From positions 806,001 through 870,000 of the forward strand of contig JBLDXI010000029.1 of the NCBI GenBank assembly GCA_047495785.1: a stretch of 64,000 bases of DNA, in the 5' to 3' direction. Made by a program: the position numbers and the translations under genes. The stretch's first letter is position 1. Each line of letters opens with the position of its first letter. Shown here one piece after another: positions 55,101-64,000 of this stretch. This DNA comes from Lepidodermella squamata (Eukaryota > Animalia > Gastrotricha). Under the pieces are notes generated by a model, which ran no database searches, had not been told where the DNA came from, and was given only the letters and a program-made list of their open reading frames with translations.

Positions 55101-58100
55101 GTTACAACGATGCGATTCGATTGGCGCAAAAAATCGGAAATTACACAATTTCTATCGTCATTTCCCTGGCAGTTCATTTTATTTCAACGTCGATTCCTGA
55201 TAAAGGAGCAAATTTAGTACTGAAGGCTGAATTCAGCCCAGCTAAACAAACCCGAGCTATATTGGAATCGTTCTCGAAACCAATTGATTCAATACTCGAT
55301 TTCATTTTCCTAATTTCTACGGTGAAAAATGGCCATGGGACTAATTTCAATATGTCAACCCTGAAAGACCACCCGGCTATGATATCCGGAGCTGTTGATT
55401 TGCCCTTGGATCAATTACCGAAAATTCCAGCCTCGACTTTGTATGGAACTTTTTTGCTATCAGCGATTTGTAAACGCCCAGCAATTTCTCGTTGGAGTCG
55501 AAGTATTCGAGATTTAATGCACAAAAGCTGCTACCCACTGATGTCGCTGTTTTTCTCGTATTTGCTCGACGGAGGGCGAGAGATTAAGGCCGAATTCCCG
55601 CCGCCTATCTACTGCACGCAGGTTTTCGATGGAATTCAAGCTAATGAGACGGTTCTATCGATGGCTGAAACGCGGCTTGCGGATCTGCATCGAAAAGTGG
55701 CGGCTGATTTGGTTGATTCTTTTGTCGAAAGTTTGAAATGCTCCAGAACTCTTCACGGCATTGTTGCGAAATGGAAGGCTTACTTATCGCGGCTGTACTC
55801 AGCGTTTGACGCGATTGAGCCGGAATTTCGGTCGATTTTTGACGTTGAAGATCCGAAATTGCGTGTTTCCAGCAATGATTTGGGCAATTTTGACGAAAAC
55901 TTTGCAAATTCGGATAAGCTGTCGATGAAGGCTTTGTTTGCGGATTTTAATTCGATGTTAGCTGCCCTCGCTCTATGGCACATTGTCGATGCCATAACTG
56001 GCCAGTGGAGCAGTTATCGACAAATTATTGAAAATGTAAGAAAAAATTTAGTATAAAATTAGGAATAATAACATATTATTTTATGCTGCATGCTTCAAAA
56101 AATTTAAATGTCAAAGTTTCAAATTAAAAAAATCGAAAAGGCTAAACAACAAAAGAAATAAAAGCGGAAATTGGGAATGAAAGGAAAGGAAAGGAAAGGA
56201 AAGGAATTGAAGTAAAATCGCCTTTTTCCGAATATTTTGAACTTTCATTCTTTCATAAAATAATTTTTTCAAAATTTCATTTTTTCATAGGATCCTCAAA
56301 ATGCTGGCCTAATTACTACAAAAGAAAAAGAGCTGATCGAAAGCTTTTTCTGCCTCCTACCCCTCTCGCTGTTATTCAACTCAGCCCAGACCGGCAAAAG
56401 TCTATGCTTCGACGTTATCGTCAAAATCACCGCAAAATTCACGCCCTGCGAGTTACTCGCCAAATTATACGGCTATTCCGCCGCCTTGATCGTCCAGTCA
56501 CACGGCGAAGAACTTTACGACACTTTCATCAACCCTCGCCTCGAGCCTATCCTCGACTCATGGAAGGGCATGACCGATATGCAAACAGACGCGTCGCTGA
56601 TTTTCGTCTACGCAACTCAGCTGAAGCGATCAAAGCAGTTTTTCGCTGAATTTACGTCGAAATTAGGCGAAAATTCGATTTTTCTCACCGATTTTACGTC
56701 GATTTTGCTGACTTCTCAACTCTTACTGCCTTTTACCGTAAATTTCTTCAGCGTGAGGCTGAGCCCAATTTCGCAGCTGGCTTCATGCAAATCTATGAGC
56801 GAAATGTTAATCCCGGAAAATTGGTCGAGCGTTATGAACAAATTGCTGCGAGATTCGAAGGCGGAATCTGTCAATTTAATGCTGAGCCCAAAAACGCTGA
56901 TAACCAGTGTTTTAGACTCATTCCAGTCAAGCTACCCGGAAAATTCGTCGTTTTCAGGCAACGTAGCTGTCGGCAATGTTGCGACGTTGTTCAAACACAT
57001 CAGCGCTGTTATTAGAGAAAGTTCCGTCTGGAAAGCAGGGGTGGGCGGTCGGGCTTTGGCCGAGTTGGAAAAACGCCGCGGCGACTCGAGCATGGCCGAT
57101 TTTTACCAACTCATGAGATCAGCCGATTACCCGCAGTTCGTCGACGAAATTCGTGCGATTTGCACGTATATTTCCACCATGAATTTCACGCCATTTCACA
57201 CGAAGAAAAGATCGGAAAAATTCGATCAAATCGTGATTAATCCTAATTTGATCGTCCATGTGCTGTGGATGCGGGAGATTAGATCAAATCAAGATCAAAC
57301 GTCAGATGCGGCTGATCTGCTGGCGGGATTGCCAAATTTTACTGAGGATGAAGATGGGAATTTGCACCCGGTCGCGCCGGTTGTTCAACACCCGGTTCAA
57401 CCCGAGGAAAGCAGCGAAAATTCCGATGAAAACCAACCGCCGGGTCCCGGTAATGTCAACGAGTTCTGGCAGATTTTGAACCCGAAACATGAGACTGTTT
57501 CATCTGAATCATCCTCGGCCTCGCACTCAATCTCAACCGATCTATCATCAGCCGGTCCGTTACCAGTCTTACCCCCGCGAAATCAGGAGAAAAAACCGAT
57601 GAAACCGAAATCTAAGTCAACTTCGTCATCGAAAAGTACTTCAGTAACGTCGGAAAATCAAACTGAGATCAACAATTTGCCGCCGAGTGATCAAAATCAG
57701 ATTTTGACGAGTAGCATTTCCCAAGTCCTGCAACACCAAGCCGCTTCGATGGAAACAATTTTGTCCCATTTTTCGGACCAGCAAACGGCCTTAATCACCG
57801 AAATGGTGTCGTTAGTCACCGCGACTCAACACCAGAATCAATTAGCCATTGTGAAACCAGGCGGTCGGAAAAATTCAGATCCGCCTTCATCCTCGTCTTC
57901 GTCGTCAACCTCGACGAAAGACACGTCGTTCTCGTTAGGGACAGTCACGGCGATGGAGCCGCAAAATTACCGATTCCCGCGACTTTTAACCCTATCCTGC
58001 CCGCCTAGAACTTCAATTTCGCGGCCAAATTTGCCTCAAAACGAAGACATTTTACCACCCAGACGAGATTCTATGCCTCGGATGTTGACTCTAAGCGAGC

Positions 58101-61100
58101 CTGATCCGTCTCTGATCGACGAAAATTTTCTGACCGAAGAACGTCTGCAGTACGTTTTCAGATCAGCGGCTAATTTTTCGATGGGATCAAATCGGGATCA
58201 ATTTTTGATCGGTAATTTGATCCAACCTGGTCAAGACATGCCGCCGTTGATCGGAGTTGGAATGTTACGCCGGTTCAGGGTGAGAAATCGCCAACCGAAA
58301 CCAGTTGTGGAGGAAGTTCCGATCCAGGTGGAGAAAGTTACCGAAAAATTACCCGAAAAACCAGTTTTTCACCAAACCCCGGTCGCAGAACCGGTGAATC
58401 AAACGATTTATAAATCGACGACTGGCGTCAATACGAATCGGTTACGGATGGTCTCGGTGGGTGTCTCAGCCTCGACCGTCACCCAAAAGGTCACCCAGGG
58501 TGCCGAGGATGAGGGTGTTTTCGATTCGATCCTTCGGCAGAGTGAAAACGCGGCGAAATCTCGCCAGCAAGAATTTGGCATGTTTTTAGGCCACGACGTC
58601 ATCAATGCCCCGCATGCCGATATTGGCCTGCTCAACTACTTCAACCGCCGTCCTATGCCGGCTTTCGTCCCCGCCCCGCCACCGATTATCAAAATTCAAC
58701 CCCAAAAGGTGATGGTAAATACCGGAACAGGGCCGGATAAGAAGTCGGAAGTTCGCGACTCGCATGAAACTTACACAACTCACCGGTCTGGTTTGGACGA
58801 AAATTTGAGACTGATCAACGCGGAAAGTTTTGCGAAGATTGAGGAGCAGTTAGGCCTGAGTCAAATCAGGCCAATGTCGACTGATTTCATATCGGTGAAT
58901 GACGTTGCGAAGAAGGAAGCTGTGCAGCGTAGCGTTCAAGACGCCGAGGCTGAGTTGGATAAATTGTTGGAAAACGCGAGGAAAACAATCGGTTGGAGGT
59001 CGGATCAGAAGAATGAAGGCACTCAAACTGAGCAGGAGAAGCCGAAACCAGCCGTTCCTGATAGCTGGGACATACCTAGGTCTCAGTACTACTACAGCGG
59101 GTTGAATTTGATTCAACAAGAGTCGAATTCAAATCAAAATCCTAACGATTTGATTAGGAATAATGCGAAATTTCAGGAATTGAGCGATTTGTTGTATGAA
59201 GCTGAAGTTAAGGCTCGATCTGCGATGGATCGAACGGCTGGAACGAGGCCGGACGAGGCGAAATTTGAGGATTTCTTGCATCAAGCTGAGCAAAAAGCTC
59301 GGGATGAAATGCAGCGTAAACCTGTACCTGGCTTTGAAATCAGTGAGGAAATGGCGACTGAGGACGAGTTAGGTGATACTATGCAGTTTCTATCGAGTAT
59401 GCCGCCGATTTTAAAGAAATCGGTCTCGTTCAGTGGAGGAAGTTTCGGCGATTCAACGCTGAAAAGCACCCTGCAACACCCAACAGAGCCGCAAACTACA
59501 TCGAAAGCAAAGGTAAACTCAGTTTTTTCACGAATTATACCTAAGGATTTTTTCAAGTTTCAAACAACATTCAGAGAGGTTTAGAAATCCATTAAGTTCA
59601 TCGAAGCTGCTATGCCCGAGTGGTTAAGGGGTCTGACTTGAAATCAGATGCGGTCTCCGCGCGTAGGTTCAAATCCTACTGGCAGCGAATTCTTTTTAAA
59701 CAAATACTTCATAAAATTGAAGTTTGGAATTTTCGAGGTCTGATTCCGAATTATCACCAAAAAAGATTTCGCTGCCAGTAGGATTTGAACCTACGCGCGG
59801 AGACCGCATCTGATTTCAAGTCAGACCCCTTAACCACTCGGGCATAGCAGCTTCGATGAACTTAATGGATTTCTAAACCTCTCTGAATGTTGTTTGAAAC
59901 TTGAAAAAATCCTTAGGTATAATTCGTGAAAAAAGGATTTCTAAACCTCTCTGAATGTTGTTGAAAAAATTGACAGAATTATCCTAGATATTCTTCTTTT
60001 TTACCGTTGTTACTCGTCTTTCAGTGGAAAATTGAATTCTTGCGTTGACTTCTCGATTTTTCGAAACCTGGATAAATTAATTTAAAAACCGTGAATGAAA
60101 TAAGCTACTTGTCAATTTCTCAATTTTTTCATTTTCTATTATCTCCCTAATATCCTATTGTCTCAATTTTACTTGGACTTCAAAAATTTACAATTTAAAT
60201 TTATTTTTGAAATTTACGTCTCGATTCACTGAGATCATAAGTTAATTTTTGTCGAGTTGCCTCAGCTTGGTCGGTGGGTTCATTTTAGCCCGATATTATG
60301 TGGTTTCAATAAAATTAAACTTTTTTCATCAAATTCATCGAAACTAATTTTCGACAGGTGTTTCAACTTTTTTAATTTTCCCATTTTTTGCCCTTTCAGA
60401 AATCAAGCAGTTCTCCAACTTCGCCTTCTACGCCTCATTTGGACGTCGTCCAACTTTTCGACACTGGCAGTTTAATTCCGAAATCAGCCGCTGCCAGTCG
60501 AACCCCGCGTCAATCGCCCTCGAAATCCGCTGTTCGAGCCAGTGCCGACAAAACAAAGCAACGACCCGCTCTGATGGACAACGTCGAACTGTCGAATTCA
60601 GCCGGCGTTGGCTCATCAACAACGACAACAACGCCGACCGAGATGAAAAACACGGGCAGTCGAGTTGGCAAAGCGCCGAATCGCAACACAGCTCGGCAGA
60701 TGCAGAAACGGCTGGAGGATGCTTCGAAATTGGTCGCGGAACTCGTCACAGAGCAGGAGAAGTTGCGAAGCCGGTCAAAGGAGAGGTGGCTGCAATCGAG
60801 TGACCTAGCGAGTTCGGCGAGGCGGCCGCAAACTCTGACGAAAAAGCAAACGAGTAGCCAGCGACCGGGCACTTTGACTCGAGGCACGCTGTCTGAAACC
60901 GATCGTAGGGAAGCGTTGGTGCTCGAGTCGCAATTCCGCGATGTTCTCCTCGGCTTCGACACGGCTAAACAGGCAAGTGTTAGAAATATTGTGCAACAGC
61001 GTCGGAGGGGTGAAACTCGGCGTGATAAGGAGAAGCATTTGGAGTATTTGTTGGAAAGGGAGGCTGATCTAGCGAAACCGCCGTCTGAGCCGTCGGAGAA

Positions 61101-61260
61101 TGGCGAGGAAGCGGCGATGCGGGACGATTTGAGGCAGGTCGATCCGGCTATGGCTGATTTGATGGATAAATACTCGGTCCACTCGGGCAGTGTGTTTTCA
61201 ATCGTCGATTGGGGCGCTGTTGATAAAATGCTCGCTGATGAGGGTGGCGCAGAATCGTGA
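52175..61260 (+). CDS. CPLANE1: CPLANE1/JBTS17-like ciliogenesis and planar polarity effector, large multi-exon gene
   Basis: Same-strand ORFs at 52175, 54436, 55028, 56486 and 60388 are joined by GT-AG introns (last intron 59513-60399, phase 0). The N-terminus is beta-rich and propeller-like. The C-terminal SGSVFSIVDWGAVDKML resembles the CPLANE1 terminal motif (GSILSKLDWNAIEDMV as I recall it). Confidence 0.68.
56179..56206 (+). repeat. (GAAAG)n microsatellite in a CPLANE1-like intron
   Basis: GAAAGGAAAGGAAAGGAAAGGAAAGGAA. Confidence 0.85.
59606..59687 (+). tRNA. tRNA-Ser(UGA)
   Basis: 82-nt class II cloverleaf with anticodon arm TCTGA-CT-TGA-AA-TCAGA, variable arm GCGG-TCT-CCGC and a T5 terminator. 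Confidence 0.93.
59770..59851 (-). tRNA. tRNA-Ser(UGA), convergent identical copy
   Basis: Exact reverse complement of 59606-59687 with its own T6 terminator. Confidence 0.93.
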
Positions 61261-61924
61261 TTCGTCATTTTTTCATTTTTATTACGATCTTTCCGTTGAG
61301 TTTTTACTCAGTACCTATTTACAATAATTATTTATGATAATATGATATGCATTCCGAAATTTCCGTGCAAATAATTTTGACGTGAGCTTTTGTGCACTTT
61401 TACACGACCCAGTTGTTATCGCTTTTGGTATTAATAAAATGGCAATTTTTTGTAATTTTTGTATTCAATTTCAACCGAAGTAGTTGAGTTGGTTTCGGCT
61501 AAGTAAGCGATGAAAAGTGGTCACATAATGGTTGCTGAAGGAACGAGCAATTTCTAGATCAAGGAACGTTGAGTCTGCACACATTTACATTCAGAAATCC
61601 GGCATTTTCAGCAAAATATTGGACTCTTTTTGCAAATTTCTACATTTCGGACCTGATAAAACCACAGTAGATTCATCAGCTGCCCGTCCGAAATGTCACT
61701 TGCCCTGTCCGCAATTGCGGTAGAAATAATTTTTCAATTAATGTGAACGACCATCGGATTTTCTGTACTGCTCCGTGAATTTCCATATCCAATCCATTCA
61801 ATAAATGAGAATAAATCGTTATATCACTAAGTTTTACTTATCTCAATACTTTAAACCATAAGAAAGACGGCTGCTGCTGCAACAATTCGAATTATTTTAT
61901 TTTAATAATTGAGCATTGATTTCA

Positions 61925-62745
<821 letters not shown>

Positions 62746-63339
62746 ACTTTCAGTTAATAAGTCTAAGATAAAATTAGCAATTTAGATTTATAATATAATT
62801 TGATTGATACTAATTTCAAATTTCAAATTCAGTTTTACGGAAAATTTTCATCACTTCAATTCTACGATTGGTAAGTTGGAAATTGAGTTGTGTGAATTTC
62901 TCCTGAATGAGTCAGTACTTGTTGTCGGTGATGATTAAGTTGCTAGCTCACTGATTGAGTCTCTTTCATTCAATTGTTCACCTGCTTTTGCAACAAATCT
63001 GAAGATGTAAACTCGATATTCTAACTCAAGACGGCTCCGAAAGTCACACCGAAAACCCAAATGGCGGTCAATGCAAATCACGTAAAGTTCGACGATATCC
63101 CAGTGGAAGACATTGTCTTCCTTGCAGGGGGCCAGCTACGAGCTCATTGCCAGAAACATGGTGGGGGCCAACATCAATGCCAGAAACGTGGCAGCAAAGG
63201 CAGCCTTGCTGGCAGCCGTCGGGGGGGGGCTTGAGGCACTGAGGACAGGAGCCTTGCCTGCAGCCAGATAGAGACCTGCAGCCTTGGGGGTTGCCTCTGC
63301 CAATCAAAATGCCAACTCCTCAAACGAACTGTGTATTGA

Positions 63340-63810
63340 GGAATTGAGATTGATGCGGTTGAAATGGCAGTGAAGCGGAAGTTGAAGAGTTTTCTCGGCT
63401 ACGTTCCAGCTCATGAGCTTGACGCCACATCCTTGGCTAATTACCTTCACAATTTCATCAATAAAATGAGCTGGAATATTCAGACGTTAATAGGCCAATG
63501 CTACGATGGTGCAAGCGTTGTGAGCGGGTCGCAGGGAGGATTACAGGCTTTGATAAGGAAAGTTGTTGCCCATCCAATCTACATTCATCGTTACGTACAG
63601 GCCGTCAAACGAAAGCTTACTATTACTATTTCAACAAAAGGAGGTTGTCAACTTCAATCCGATCACCAGCTCAACTGAGCACTGAACTGCCACCTGAATG
63701 TCTGAATGGCGATGTCCAGGGCTTCTAAGGCAGATTGCATCGCCACTGAGGAGGCGTTGCCTTCGAGACAAGCATTCGCTTTATAGCAATTATGCAAGTG
63801 CTGAAGGTAA
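63340..63810 (+). pseudogene. hAT-superfamily transposase relic (ZMYM1-like)
   Basis: FLGYV...DATSLANYL...IGQCYDGASVVSGSQGGLQALI...IYIH is the typical hAT GQxYDGA block. The frame breaks down shortly afterwards. Confidence 0.75.
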
Positions 63811-64000
63811 CTACTTATCTGCTTGATCAGGCACGTACAATGTGAAAGACCGCATAATGACGCTCATTTACGTTCATGGTGACCGACAACCACGGCACAG
63901 ACCAGGCTACGTTCCTTGCACTGTTCGTTCATGAAACGCTCAACGTTTTCGACAAGACTTTCGCTGTGTTCTTCAAAAGGAATCCTTCAGGCAAAACCAA

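Larger units (their letters stand above)
59523..59934. repeat. Inverted duplication with 167-bp arms (59523-59689 / 59768-59934) containing two tRNA-Ser genes
   Basis: The arms are exact reverse complements, including 83 bp of tRNA upstream flank. A 28-bp direct re-copy follows at 59935-59962. Confidence 0.92.

Noticed and set aside
59606-59687. Selenocysteine or UGA-suppressor tRNA
   Set aside because: The anticodon itself is TGA, which reads Ser UCA codons; tRNA-Sec would have anticodon TCA and a longer acceptor stem.
60510-61268. 252-aa minus-strand ORF
   Set aside because: Antisense shadow of the last CPLANE1-like exon, which has a proper in-frame acceptor at 60399 and the conserved terminal motif.

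Overview
Compact, AT-rich animal (probably invertebrate) nuclear DNA with short (~45-70 nt) GT-AG introns. It is not prokaryotic and has no CRISPR array. The left ~37 kb is an accessory receptor/secretome region. It holds five intronless GABA-B-type class C GPCR genes (four in tandem plus a decayed fragment), a single-pass LRR protein, three six-exon orphan class A GPCR paralogues (one with a perfect 679-bp internal duplication), a 5'-truncated Penelope-like retroelement with inverted pLTRs carrying hammerhead ribozyme motifs, MITE-like DNA elements, tRNA genes, a ~372-nt structured minus-strand RNA with 7SK hallmarks, a secreted cationic (Ser-X)n protein and a secreted two-domain PAN/Apple-like protein. 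The right ~27 kb is a tightly packed block of conserved genes (HYKK-like, RTCA, HFM1/MER3, UBE2U-like, CPLANE1-like, SREK1IP1-like), with a palindromic tRNA-Ser pair inside the last CPLANE1 intron and a hAT transposase relic. All family assignments come from motif recognition by eye; no database search was run.
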